A DNA stretch of 64,000 nt, taken from the NCBI GenBank assembly GCA_028826165.1, contig JAPDFW010000077.1, forward strand, positions 310,001-374,000, written 5' to 3'. Of the stretch, positions 22,001 through 36,245 are shown in pieces; positions within the stretch are counted from its first letter, which is position 1, and the number at the start of each line of letters is the position of its first letter. The translations under genes and the position numbers were made by a program. The stretch is from Anaeramoeba ignava BMAN. Its lineage: Eukaryota; Protista; Anaeramoebae. Below the pieces are notes generated by a model. It was given only the letters and a program-made list of their open reading frames with translations. It searched no databases and was not told where the DNA came from.

Positions 22001-23228
22001 GAGTCTTCAAGATGAACAAATGAAGAATCAGTAAGTGTGAAGGCAGGACAAGGATTTAAAAGAGTTGGGATATTTTTTTTTGTTAATAAAGGATGAAGAA
22101 ATTTGATTGTACCATAAAAATATACTTCGGATGAGATTATCTGTGTTTTCATATCAGTAAAATCAAATTCAAAACCAGTTGCATTAAAAACGATATTTCT
22201 AGAATTTTGAATCTGAATTAAAATATTTATTTTGATTTTGATTTAATATTTTGATTTATTTTGATTTAAATATTTTTAATTTAATTGAAATGTGGAATGT
22301 AAATAAATTAAAATATTTATTTTGATTTAAATTAAAATATTTCAATTTATTTTGATTAAATATTTTTAATTTAATTGAAATGTGGAATGTAAATAAATTA
22401 AAATATTTATTTTGATTTAAATTAAAATATTTATTTTGATTTAAATTAAAATATTTCAATTTATTTTGATTTAAATTAAAATATTTCAATTTATTTTGAT
22501 TTAAATATTTCAATTTAATTGAAATGAGGAATGTAAATAAATTAAAATATTTATTTTGATTTAAATTAAAATATTTCAATTTAATTGAAATGAGGAATGT
22601 AAATAAAGAAATCAAAAATACTGTTAATTGACTTGATAAAGAAAAACTTAATGTATGAGAAAGAAGATTGCATAATAAATCAAGAGGAGCTGGTAATTCT
22701 CCATAAAAAGTAACCTAAATTTAAAAAAAAAAACAAAATTAAAATTAAATTACAAATTGATCCATTTGGAATTAATTTTGAAATAGTCAAAATAATTAAA
22801 TTTTGAATAAAAATCTTACATTTTCAACATTATTTAAATTAGCTTCGCCTGAAAGAATAGTATAAGTAGTAATTGCAATACAACAAGTTCTTAAATGAAC
22901 TTCTGAATTAGATTGAATTGCACTCCAAGTAAAATTTAATGGACAAAAATCTTTAAAAAAAAAAAAAAATCAACAAAAAGAAAAATTTATAAAAAATAAA
23001 AAAGCAAAAAAAGCAAACAAGAAAAATTACTTACAAACAACATTATAATTGGAAGTTGTGAAAAGGATTAGTAAATTCTATTTAAAATGTAATTGATCAA
23101 GTTTTTTTTTTTTGTTTTTTGATTTTTGATTTTAAAAGAAGTTAAAAATAATTCTTTTTCTTCTTCTTTTTTTTTAATTTAATTTAACTTACAAAAAAAA
23201 GAAAGAGTAAAAGAGATTTAAGTAACAT
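16068..23228 (-). CDS. ~2070-aa cell-surface receptor-like protein: signal peptide, long beta-helix-like ectodomain, Cys-rich (CxxCxxG, GCC2/GCC3-like) repeats, ~9 TM C-terminal domain
   Basis: Seven exons joined in frame by GT-AG introns: 23228-23193, 23077-23035, 22950-22820, 22714-22622, 22212-18734, 18657-18137, 17977-16068 (6213 nt). N-terminus MLLKSLLLFLFFNLLILFTTS. The TM region has the WELVVMARK and FEPY motifs typical of this protist family. Confidence 0.8.
22225..22610. repeat. intronic compound minisatellite
   Basis: aattgaaatg(t/a)ggaatgtaaataaa occurs four times, interleaved with ttattttgatttaaattaaaatattt units, inside intron 4. Confidence 0.8.
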
Positions 23229-23714
23229 CTGTGTATAAAAAAAAAACAAATTAAATTTAAATTTGCAAATCAAGAAGAATAAAAGAGAAAAATGATTTTT
23301 TAAAAAAAAAAAATTAAAAGAAGAGAGATCTTTAACTTAAAAAATAAATTGAAAGAGTGAATTATGAATAAAACAAAAAAATTTTTTTTTCTTTTTGTTT
23401 TATTTTTAATTTTAATTTTTAATTTTAATTTTATTTGTGGTTATTAAGTTAATTCTTTGCTGGAATCTTTTTATTTTATTTAAATTTTTGATCAAAATTT
23501 ATAATTATTTCTTACTTTTTTTATTTATTTATTTATTTATTTATTTAAATTAATCTATTAATTTGATAATTTGATCTAAATTCAAATTAATTAGAAAAGT
23601 TAAAAAAATTTAGCAAATCTATTCTTGTTTAATTTTGAAGATTTGTAATAAGATCTTTAACAAAAATTTTTTGCTTTTTTTTTTTAATTTTATCAATTAA
23701 ATTTATTCAATCCA

Positions 23715-26355
23715 AAATTCAATTCAATATTTAATATTCAATTCAATATTTAATTTAATATTTAATTCAATTCAATATTTAATATTCAATTCAATTTTTA
23801 ATTTAATATTCAATTCAATATTTAATATTCAATTCAATTTAATATTTAATCCAATATTCAATTTTTAATTCAATATTCAATATTTAATATTTAATTTAAT
23901 TCAATTCAATATTTAATTCAATTCAATTCAATATTTAATTCAATATTCAATTCAATTCAATATTTAATTCAATATTCAATTCAATATTTAATATTTAATT
24001 TAATATTTAATTCAATTTAATATTTAATATTTAATATTCAATTCAATATTTAATATTTAATATTTAATTTAATATTCAATATTTAATAATTAATTCAATA
24101 TTTAATATTTAATATTTAATTCAATTCAATATTTAATTTAATATTCAATTCAATTCAAATATTTAATATTTAATTTAATTTAATATTCAATCCAATTCAA
24201 TATTTAATATTTAATATTTAATTCAATATTTAATATTCAATTCAATATTAAAAATTCAATATTTAATATTTAATTTTCAATATTTAATATTTAATTCAAT
24301 TCAATCATATTTAATATTCAATTCAATATTTAATATTTAATTCAATATTTAATATTTAATTCAATTCAATTCAATATTTAATTCAATTCAATATTTAATT
24401 CAATCCAATTCAATATTTAATTCCAATCCAATTCAATATTTTAATATTCAATTTAATATTTAATTCAATATTCAATATTTAATTCAATATTCAATTCAAT
24501 TCAATTCAATTCAATATTTAATATTTGAATTCAATTTAATATTTAATATTTAATTCAATATTTAATATTTAATTCAATTCAATATTTAATATTTAATTCA
24601 ATTCAATATTTAATATTCAATATTTATTTAATTCAATTCAATATTTATTTAATATTCAATATTCAATTCAATTCAATATTTAATATTCAATATTCAAATT
24701 CAATATTTATTCAATTCAATTCAATTTATTCAATTTAATATTTCATTCAATATTTAATATTTAATTTCAATTTAATTCAATTTAATATTTAATTCAATTT
24801 AATATTTAATTCAATTTAATTCAATTTAATATTCAATTCAATATTTAATTCAATATTTAATATTTAATATTCAATATTTATTCAATCAATATTCAATTCA
24901 ATATTCAATATTATTCATTTTTTAATATTTTATTATTTAATATTCAATTCAATTCAATATTTAATTCAATTCAATTCAATATTTAATATTCAATATTTAA
25001 TTCAATTCAATATTCAATTCAATATTTAATTCAATTCAATATTTAATATTCAATATTCAATATTCAATTTAATATTTAATTCAATTTAATATTTAATTCA
25101 ATTTAATATTTAATTCAATATTCAATTCAATTTAATATTTAATATTCAATATTTAATTAAATATTTAATTCAATATTTAATTTAATATTTAATTTAATAT
25201 TTAATTTAATATTTAATTCAATTTAATATTTAATATTCAATATTTAATTCAATATTTAATTCAATATTTAATTTAATATTCAATATTCAATTCAATATTT
25301 AATATTCAATTTAATATTCAATATTTAATTCAATATTTAATTCAATTCAATATTCAATTCAATTCAATTCAATATTCAATTCAATATTTAATTCAATATT
25401 TAATTCAATATTTAATTCAATATTCAATTTAATATTTAATTCAATTCAATTCAATATTTAATTCAATATTTAATTCAATATTTAATATTCAATTTTTAAT
25501 TTAATATTCAATTCAATATTTAATTCAATATTTAATTCAATATTTAATATTCAATTCAATATTTAATTTAATATTTAATTCAATATTTAATATTCAATTC
25601 AATATATTTAATTTTAATGTGAATTCAATATTTAATATTTAATATTTAATATTTAATATTCAATTCAATATTTAATATTCAATATTTAATATTTAATATT
25701 TAATATTCAATTCAATATTCAATATTCAATATTCAATATTCAATTTAATTCAATTCAATTCAATATTTAATATTTAATATTTAATATTTAATATCAATTC
25801 AATATTTAATATTTAATATTTAATATTTAATTCAATTCAATATTTAATATTTAATTCAATTCAATATTTAATATTCAATATTTAATATTTAATTCAATTT
25901 AATATTTAATTCAATTTAATATTTAATTCAATTTAATTCAATTTAATATTTAATTCAATTTAATATTTAATTCAATTTAATTCAATTTAATATTCAATTC
26001 AATATTTAATTCAATATTTAATATTTAATATTCAATTCAATTCAATATTTAATTCAATTTAATATTTAATTCAATATTTAATATTCAATATTTAATATTT
26101 AATTCAATATTTAGTATTTAATATTCAATATTTAATTCAATTCAATATTTAATTCAATTCAATATTTAATATTTAATATTCAATTCAATATTAAATTCAA
26201 TTCAATATTAAATTCAATATTTAATTTAATATTTAATATTTAATTCAATTCAATTTTTAATTCAATATTTAATATTCAATTCAATATTCAATTCAATTCA
26301 ATTCAATATTCAATTCAATATTTAATATTCAATTTTTAATTTAATATTCAATTCA
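23715..26355. repeat. 2.6-kb degenerate satellite of ATTCA/ATTTA/ATATTTA/ATATTCA units
   Basis: Continuous mosaic of 5- and 7-nt units, almost no G on the + strand, no ORFs. Confidence 0.95.
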
Positions 26356-26492
26356 AATAAAATTCGAAATTATTCTTGAATTGATTTATTTCTATCTTTT
26401 TTTTTTCCATTCGATCATCAAAGAAAAAAAAATCAAAAGTAGTTAAAAGGATCAATTTGAAAAGAAAAAAAAGAATGAAAAAAGTAAAGAAA

Positions 26493-27213
26493 TCATTTTG
26501 GAAGAGAAAGTCTTTTTCCTTCAAATTTAGCTTTAAAATAATAATAGGCAAAATCTGAATAAATAGCAGTTTGTATAATGCCACACATCCAGACAACCCA
26601 AGCTCTATAATGGTTTTCAGTAATCAAACGCCATATCCAGTTTAGTAAATAAAGAGCTCTATAACCACCAAGTGTAATAACATAATTAGAAGTTAAAGTT
26701 TCAATTTCACCTTCACTTCTCTGTAACAAAAATAACTGCGGCAAACTGGCAACAGCCTCAAGAAAAATTGAAAAGGTCCATAATATCTGAAAGTTTATTA
26801 AGACGGATTAATTTGTGATTTTTTTTTTGAAAAATTTGATTTCATTTTTTTGGATTTACTTCTAATAGTGAATACTCATCGGTAAAAATAAGAGCTAAAA
26901 CGGCGGAAGGAGCAATTAAAAATACAACACGAAATGTATCGAGTCTTTTTGAATATGATCGATTATATTTGTAGCGTATCAAGTACACTATTATTACAGA
27001 GGATGAAATGAAGAATATTTTAAAGATGATATTGTAAAATCCGCCGGAAAGTGTCAATAAATCTAAATAACGAGTTATGAAAACAAGAGCGTAAATTTCA
27101 TGACTTTTGAGTGAAACTCCTGCACATGATTTTTGTGAAATTATTTTCATTAAAAGTATTAATATTGATGATAAATGAAGAAAATCTGCTGCGAGTCGAA
27201 AAATGTTGTACAT
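26493..27213 (-). CDS. ERD2: ER lumen protein-retaining (KDEL/HDEL) receptor
   Basis: MYNIFRLAADFLHL..CAGVSLKS..RYLDL and WTFSIFLEAVASLPQL..LGGYRALYLLNWI..QTAIYSDF. Exons 27213-26860 and 26786-26493, 215 aa. Confidence 0.95.
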
Positions 27214-27479
27214 TTTGATTTTATTATTATTTTTGTTTCTAATTTGAAATTTTAAATTTATAATTTTTAATTTTTTTATTTTTAAATTTTTTTAAATTAT
27301 TTTATTCAAAATACGTGGTTTAAAATTTATAGGAAAATATAATTAAAAAAAAAATGAAAAAATGAAAAAATTTTTTTTAATTTTCTTTTTATTAATTTAT
27401 TTTTTTTAGTAAAATTTTAAAAAAATTAATAATTTTTTTTTTCCTTTTTTCTTTTTAAAAAAGGGAATCATTTTTAATT

Positions 27480-28580
27480 AGATTTAGATTTATATTTAGA
27501 TTTTGATTTTGATTTTGATTTTAATTTTAATTTTAATTTTGATTTTGATTTTGATTTTAATTTTGATTTTGATTTTGATTTTGATTTTCATTTTAATTTT
27601 GGTTTATATTTTGATTTTCATTTTGATTTTCATTTATATTTTAATTTTGATTTTGATTTTGATTTTCATTTTGATTTTCATTTAGATTTTGATTTATATT
27701 TTGATTTATATTTTGATTTATATTTTGATTTTGATTTTGATTTTGATTTTGATTTTGATTTTGATTTTGATTTTGATTTATATTTTGATTTTCATTTTGA
27801 TTTTGATTTATATTTTAATTTTGATTTTGATTTTGATTTTGATTTTGATTTATATTTTAATTTTGATTTATATTTTAATTTTGATTTTGATTTTCATTTA
27901 TTTTGATTTTGATTTTAATTTTGATTTTGATTTTGATTTTGATTTTGATTTTGATTTTGATTTTGATTTTGATTTTGATTTTGATTTTGATTTTGATTTT
28001 GATTTTGATTTTGATTTTCGTTTTGATTTTGATTTTGATTTTGATTTTGGTTTATATTTTGATTTTGATTTTCATTTTGATTTTGATTTTCATTTTCATT
28101 TTCATTTTCATTTAGATTTTCATTTTCATTTTCATTTTCATTTAGATTTTCATTTTCATTTTGATTTTGATTTTGATTTTGATTTTAATTTTGATTTATA
28201 TTTTAATTTTGATTTTGATTTTCATTTATTTTGATTTTCATTTATTTTGATTTTCATTTATTTTGATTTTGATTTTAATTTTGATTTTGATTTTGATTTT
28301 GATTTTGATTTTGATTTTGATTTTGATTTTGATTTTGATTTTGATTTTGATTTTGATTTTGATTTTCGTTTTGATTTTGATTTTGATTTTCATTTTGGTT
28401 TATATTTTGATTTTCATTTTGGTTTATATTTTCATTTTGATTTTCATTTTCATTTTCATTTAGATTTTCATTTTCATTTTCATTTAGATTTTGATTTTCA
28501 TTTTGATTTATATTTTCATTTTCATTTTGATTTTGATTTTGATTTTCATTTAGATTTTGATTTTCATTTTCATTTTGATT
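27480..28580 (-). repeat. (AAAATC/AAAATG/AATATA)n tract spanning the USP C-terminus and 3' region
   Basis: The NQ/NE-coding repeat continues ~800 bp beyond the stop at 28275. Confidence 0.9.
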
Positions 28581-31427
28581 TTTATCAGAATTCCAAATAA
28601 AATCTAAACTAATATCTTTTTTTGTTCTTAAAATAACTGGACCACCACCATAAATCATAAATAAATAATTCCAAGCATTCTCATTAATACCAAAATAATT
28701 TTTTCCAATAAAAACATTTTTTTTGGGAGTTTTTTGGTCTTTTTCAAGAAGAATTGAATTATCAATTTGATTTGGAGGTAAAATTTTTGGATTATTTTCA
28801 CTAAAAACAAAATTTTTCCATTGATTAATCCATTTTGTTGATATGATAAAAACTTTTGCGTTATTTTTAATTGTATTTGGTTCATTTTCTTTAAAATCAC
28901 TCAATTCTCTAACTTTTCTTTGAATCATTACAACCTCTTCTTTTTTGCATTCTTCACATTCCTTAAAATCTCGAATTTCGAATGTTTTGCCAAAAACTTC
29001 AATTAAATCATTCCAGATTTCTTGATTTACAATAACAAACATTTTATTATTCAAAAAATTATCATTATCATTATCATTGATTTTTTCATCATCTTCTTCA
29101 TATAAATCTTCTATGTTTCTTTTTAAACGGAAATGTTTTTCGCATAAAATATCAGAATTGTAAATTTTGCCTGGATTTGTCATTGAAACTAATTTTTCCA
29201 TCCAAATTCTTGAAACAGCAAATAAATCCATTTTTTGGATCAAATTTTCATTCAAAACATTCAAATCTTTTTTTTGTTGTTGATGAAATTGCTTTTCAAA
29301 TTCTTGTTGTAAAAAGAGTTGAAATTTGGATATTTTTTGTTGGAAATACATTGATTGATTTTTTTCGAAACTTGTTGGAATTTTTTGATAAAATAAAATA
29401 TAAGCCTCTGTTTTTTTGACTTCATCTTCATCAACTTTAGTTACTGTTGAATCATTAAATTTATACCATTTTTGATTTATAAGATTTTTAGAATATGAGA
29501 TATAATGACCTCCTCCATAACCTCCTATATGTCTTATTATTGAAAAAAGATTGTATTCGTGGTTGTTTTTATTATTATCTGAATTTTGAGCGCAAAATGA
29601 TTGTAAATTTAATCCTTTAATTGGAAATTCAATATGAGAACTTATTTTTTGATTCCAATAAGATCTGTGTTGGAATCTTTTGAGATGAATTATTAATATT
29701 TCTGGTAATTCAAGCAGTTTAAATTGTTTATATCCTTCAGTTTTCTTTTTACAATGTGAACAATCATATTTATTTTTTTTTGTTAATCTTTCAATTTTAA
29801 AAAAAGTGTTTAAGCAATCATCAAGTGTATAAACTTCATTATCAGTATTAAAATCAATAAAATCATCTGAGAAAAAATCCAAGCATTTACATAAAAAGAT
29901 GAATTTAAAGAGCCAAATGAGAATTCTGAACAAAGAAAGGATGAAAGATCTTAAAAAAATTAAAATTCATTTATAAAATTAAAATTCATTTATAAAATTA
30001 AGATTAAAATTAAAAATTAAATTTGAAAAATCTTACTTGATAAATTTATATACTGTGCTAAACCCTTTCGTAATAAATGATTTCTTTTTCTTCTTCTTTT
30101 CCTTTTCTTTTTCTATTGTGTTTTCTGATTCCTTTTTTCGTATTTTTGAAACTGGTATTGATAAACAAATAAATTCTTCATTTATTAAAGAATTTTCATG
30201 ACATTCTTCACATAAAACGGAATTTTGAAGCTTTCCACCAAAAGTATCTGAAATAATACTTCTCCATTTTTTATTCTCTGGAGTTTTCTTTTTTGATTCC
30301 TTTTCTGATTCCTTTTCTGATTCCTTTTTTGATTCCTTTTCTGATTCCTTTTCGTCATTTTCTTTTTTTTCATCAATAATTAGATCATTTGATTTTTGAT
30401 TAGTTTGTAATAATTGATTTTCATCTTGATTTCTTTTCAATATTTCATGTAAACTATCAATAAAAATGAGAAGAAATTCCTGGGAATCTTGTTGAGCAAA
30501 TCCACCAAAAAACGGATTAATTTTAATCATTTGATAAAGGATATTTTTTGGAGAAAAAGCATCATTGTTATTTTCCCAGGATTCTTTCATTAAATCAGCA
30601 AAAGCAAGAGGAAGTGGATGAATAGTATCACGATAAATATCAAATTCACAATTAAGAAAATAATGTTTTAAAGGAGCACAACTTAGTAATGATTGCAAAG
30701 CTGAATTCATATAACAAGTATTTCCGATATTATAAAGACCACATATACCTTTTGTAATATTTTTAGATTTTGAATCCTTTTCTAAATTTGAATCTAAATC
30801 TGAATCAAAATTGTGGATTTTTGAATGAATTTGTGAATTTGAATCTTTTATTGAATTTGAATCATTTATTGAATTTGAATCTTTTATTGAATTTGAATCA
30901 TTTTCTAAATTTGAATCTTTTATTGAATTTGAATCTTTTACTAAATTTGAATCTTTTATTAAATTTGAATCTTTTATTAAATTTGGATCAAATCTCATTG
31001 GAGAATCAATTCTTTGTAAATTCTGTTCATTTTTAATTGAATTTCTAACAAAAAGAGAGATAGAATTTTGAATATCAACAATCAATTTAACTTTTGAAAA
31101 ATCCGGTTGAATATCTGAATTAAAAATTTGATAAAAAGCTTCATTATCACATAAATAACACCAAATTTGGAGAGTTGTTATATTTATAGCAAGTGGATGA
31201 TTTTTCTTATTATTATGTGTTAAAGCATGTCTTTTTTGGTCTCTTCCACATCCTATATTTTGACATCCTTTTCCTAAACAAAGCCATAAATTTGGTTCTT
31301 TATGATTGCATTTATCACATGTTAAATTTTCTGTTTTTATTAATATTTTATATGCTTTTTGTTTAATATTTTTGTTTATATATTCAAGATCTGTTGATAA
31401 AAGATGAGGACAAATAAAATAATTCAT
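28275..31427 (-). CDS. ubiquitin-specific protease, USP20/USP33-like (zf-UBP + USP + DUSP)
   Basis: zf-UBP (CDKC..LWLCL..GCGR..HALTH..WCYLCD), Cys box GLYNIGNTCYMNSALQ, QQDSQEF, His box GGGHYISY, FNDS, two DUSP-like segments (PGKIYN; W..L..IYGGGP). Exons 31427-30037 and 29949-28275. Confidence 0.88.
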
Positions 31428-31735
31428 TTTATTTTAAATAAAAATGAAAAAAATAAAAAAAAAATTAAAAAAAAATTTAAAAAAAAATTTGTTTTTATTT
31501 TTCTCCTTTTGATTTTATTTTTATTTTTCTTTTCTCATTTTTTTTATTTTTATTTTTCTTTAAAACAAAAAAAAAAAAAGAAAAACAAAACAAAAAACAC
31601 CTCAGAAAAAAAAACATCAAATAAAAACAAATAAACAAAATTCCATTAAAAAAATTAAAAAAATTAAAATTAAAATTTAAATTTCATTTTTTAAAACAAA
31701 AATCAAAAAAGCAAAATTCTTCTTTTTTATTTTAA

Positions 31736-34444
31736 ATGGGAAATTACACTTCCATTCATAAAGTAAAACAAATGAAAATATCAAAATATTCAAAATTAAT
31801 TCAAAAAACAAAAGATCCTATTGTTTGTATTGATCAAAACGGAAAATGTATTGAAACTAATGAAAAGTCAATTCCGTTGTTTAATTTAAAATCTCAAAAA
31901 CAAATGTTTCGTAAAACTATTTTCTTTTTTATTCCAAAACAGCAACCGATTACTAAACTTAAACATAATGAAGTCCTTGATTTCTATACTCAAAAATTAC
32001 ACGAGTATTTTTCAAATCATCATTTAAAATTTCAATTTACAAATAAATTAAAATTAAAATTAAAATCTAAATTAAAATTAAAATCAAAATTAAAATTAAA
32101 ATCAAAATTAAAATTAAAATTAAAATTAAAATTAAAATTAAAATTAAAATCAAAATTAAAATTAAAATTAAAATCTAAATTAATATTAAAATCTAAATTA
32201 AAATTAATATCTAAATTGAAATTTAAAATTAAAATCAAAAATTAAAAATTAAAATTAAAATCAAAATTAAAATCAAAATTAAAATTAAAATTAAAATTAA
32301 AATCAAAATTAAAATTAAAATTAAAATTCAAATTAAAATTAAAATTAAAAATTTTTCCAATTTCTTTGCTTAATAGAAATCGAATCGGAATAATTGATTT
32401 CGATTTTGTTATTAAAACATTACAAGGAGAATTAAAATGGGTTCATATTTGGGCTTCACCAATTATGCTAAGCGGAAAAACTTTTACACAATTAATGATC
32501 AGAGAAATAGATCATCCAAACGAATCAAACACAGAATCAAGAACACAATTTGATTTTCCAGAAAAAACATCAACAACAACAACATCAAATCCAGAAGATA
32601 CTAATTCAATCAGAGAAGGTTTAAACTTATTATCTTTAGAAGAAATCCTAAAACAAGGACCACCAGTTCAAGAAATATTAAATTCTCCAAAAACAGAAAT
32701 ATCTCATTTTTCAAGTTTGCAATCAATTCCAACTCCAAATTCTCAAAAGAAAGAAATCAAAAGTTTTTCTTATTCTCCAAAAAATGAAAAATCAAGTTTT
32801 TTTTCAAATTCTCCAAAAAAAGAAATTCAACCTTTTCTTTCTGATTCTCCAAAAAAACAATTTTTTACTACAAATATAAATTCAAATATAAATTCAAATG
32901 AAAATGAAAATGAAAATGAAAATGAAAATGAAAATGAAAATTCAAATATAAATTCAAATATAAATTCAAATATAAATTCAAATTCAAATTCAAATACAAA
33001 TTCTCCAACAAAAGAACGCTTAAATTCGCTCCAAAATCAAATTAAATATTCAGAAATTTATCCGCAATTTATTGATCGAAATACAAAAGAAATTTCTAAT
33101 TTTGATGTAAAAAGTTCAGAAGAAATGTTATTTTCACTTGAAAAATCTAATTCCAATTCAAGTTTACATTTAACTTTGAATCAATCTATAATTTCCAATG
33201 AAATTAAAACGGAAAATGAAAATGAAAATGAAAAACCGAATTCAACCTCAAATTCAACCTCAAATTCAACTTCAAATTCAATGATAATTTCAACTGCAAA
33301 TTCAAGTGAAAAAGAAAAAGAAAAAGAAAAAGAAAATATAAATATTATTGAAAATCAAAATATAAATATAAATCAAAATATAATTGAAAATCAAAATATA
33401 AATCAAAATATAATTGAAAATCAAAATCAAATTGAAAATATAAATCAAAATCTAAATAAAAATATAAACCAAAATCAAAATATAAATCAAAATATAAATC
33501 AAAATATAAATCAAAATATAAATCAAAATAAAAATCAAAATCTAAATCAAAATATAAATCAAAATCAAAATATAATTGAAAATCAAAATGAAAATCAAAA
33601 TATAAATCAAAATATAATTGAAAATCAAAATATAAATCAAAATATAAATCAAAATATAAATCAAAATCAAAATATAAATCAAAATATAAATCAAAATCAA
33701 AATATAAATCAAAATATAAATCAAAATCAAAATATAAATCAAAATATAATTGAAAATCAAAATATAAATCAAAATATAAATCAAAATATAAATCAAAATA
33801 TAAATCAAAATATAAATATAAATCAAAATATAAATCAAAATATAAATCAAAATCAAAATATAAATCAAAATATAAATCAAAATCAAAATCAAAATATAAA
33901 AATTCTTGAACAAGAAATTGATACTTCTTCTGATGAAGATTTCCAAAATTTATTTCCTTCTTTCAAACAAACTTCAGATTTCTTTTTAAACGATAATCTT
34001 TATAAAATGGAAAATTTAAATGAAAATAATACTCAAAATTTAAATGAAAATTTTCTTCAAAATTTAAACGATAATTCAAAATCTGAAAAAGTTCTTTCTT
34101 CAATTGGAACAAAAATGCAAAAACTTAATTTGAAAAAGAAAAAATTAGAATATTTAAAAAAGAATGAAATTCAAATAGAAAAACTTTCTCAAGATTTATC
34201 AGAAAAAAATCAAGAAATTTTACAATTAAGATCTGAACTTGAAGAAGTTGATCATTCATTATTTCAATTACAAAGAAATTGGGAAAAAGTTCAAAAAGAA
34301 TATAAAAAAGAAAAATTGGAAATGAAACTTTTATTTCAACAATATGATCTTTTTAAAAAAGAAATTGCAAATCAAAAAAATGAAGCAAATTTATTGAAAG
34401 AGTTTTATTTAAAATATACTAACAAAACAACTGATGATTTGTAA
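31736..34444 (+). CDS. PAS-domain protein with N/Q/I low-complexity linker and C-terminal coiled coil
   Basis: Exons 31736-32004 and 32377-34444 join in frame (..KLHE|NRIG..). PAS-like motifs DPIVCIDQNGKCIETN and FDFVIKTLQGELKWVHIWASPI. MGNYTS start. Confidence 0.7.
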
Positions 34445-34644
34445 AAAAAAAACACAAATTATTATAATTTTCAATTTAAAATCAAAATTAGATTGAATTT
34501 TGAATGTTTTTTCTTTTCTTTTTTTTTCTTTTTTATTTTTATTTTTTTTTTCAAAATGTGGAAAAAGAAAAATTCCAATTTTAATTTTTACAAAAAAAAA
34601 ATAATAAATTCCAAATCCAATTCCAATTCCAATTCCAATTCCAA

Positions 34645-36245
34645 TTTTAAATTTAATTATAAATTTAATTATAAATTTAATTATAAATTTAATTATAAAT
34701 TTAATTATAAATTTAATTATATATTTAATTATAAATTTAATTATATATTTAATTATAAATTTAATTATAAATTTAATTATAAATTTAATTATAAATTTAT
34801 TTATAGATATAATTATAAATATAATTATAAATTTAATTATAAATTTAATTATAAATTTTGTTATAAATTTTGTTATAAATTTAATTATAAATATAATTAT
34901 AAATTTTGTTATAAATTTTGTTATAAATTTTGTTATAAATTTAATTATAAATTTAATTATAAATTTAATTATAAATTTAATTATAAATTTAATTATAAAT
35001 TTAATTATAAATTTAATTATAAATTTAATTATAAATATAATTATAAATTTAATTATAAATATAATTATAAATTTTGTTATAAATTTTGTTATAAATTTTG
35101 TTGTAAATTTAATTATAAATTTAATTATAAATTTAATTATAAATTTAATTATAAATTTAATTATAAATTTAATTATAAATTTAATTATAAATTTAATTAT
35201 AAATTTAATTATAAATTTAATTATAAATTTAATTATAAATTTAATTATAAATTTAATTATAAATTTAATTATAAATTTAATTATAAATTTAATTATAAAT
35301 TTAATTATAAATTTAATTGGTATTTTGTTGTAAATTTTGTTATAAATTTAATTATAAATTTAATTATAAATTTAATTATAAATTTAATTATAAATTTAAT
35401 TATAAATTTAATTATAAATTTAATTATAAATTTAATTATAAATTTAATTATAAATTTAATTATAAATTTTATTATATATTTAATTATATATTTAATTATA
35501 TATTTAATTATAGATTTGATTATAAATTTAATTATAAATTTAATTATAAACATAATTATAAAATTAATTATAAAACATAATTATAAATTTAATTATAAAT
35601 TTAATTATAAATTTTGTTATAAATTTTGTTGTAAATTTAATTATAAATTTAATTATAAATTTTTGTTATAAATTTAGTTATAAATTTAATTATAAATTTA
35701 ATTATAAATTTAATTATAAATTTTGTTGTAAATTTTGTTATAAATTTAATTATAAATTTAATTATAAATTTTGTTGTAAATTTTGTTATAAATTTTGTTG
35801 TAAATTTAATTATAAATTTAATTATAAATTTAATTGTAAATTTTGTTATAAATTTAATTATAAATTTAATTATAAATTTAATTATAAATTTAATTATAAA
35901 TTTTGTTATATATTTAATTATAAATATAATTATAAATTTAATTATAAATTTAGTTATAAATTTAATTATAAATTTAATTATAAATTTAATTATAAATTTT
36001 GTTATAAATTTTGTTATAAATTTTGTTATAAATTTTGTTATAAATTTAATTATAAATTTTATTATAAATTTAATTGTAAATTTAATTATAAATTTAATTA
36101 TAAATTTAATTATAAATTTAATTGATATTTTGTTGTAAATTTTGTTGTAAATTTTGTTGTAAATTTTGTTGTAAATTTTGTTGTAAATTTAATTATAAAT
36201 TTAATTGGTATTCTCTTGTAAATTTTCTTGTAAATTTTCTTGTAA
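34645..36245. repeat. 1.6-kb 12-bp satellite (AAATTTAATTAT, variants AAATTTTGTTAT/AAATTTTGTTGT)
   Basis: Regular 12-mer array between convergent gene ends. Confidence 0.95.

Noticed and set aside
34493-35671. 392-aa (YKFN)n ORF
   Set aside because: It is a stop-free frame of the 12-bp satellite with a TTG start and no unique sequence.
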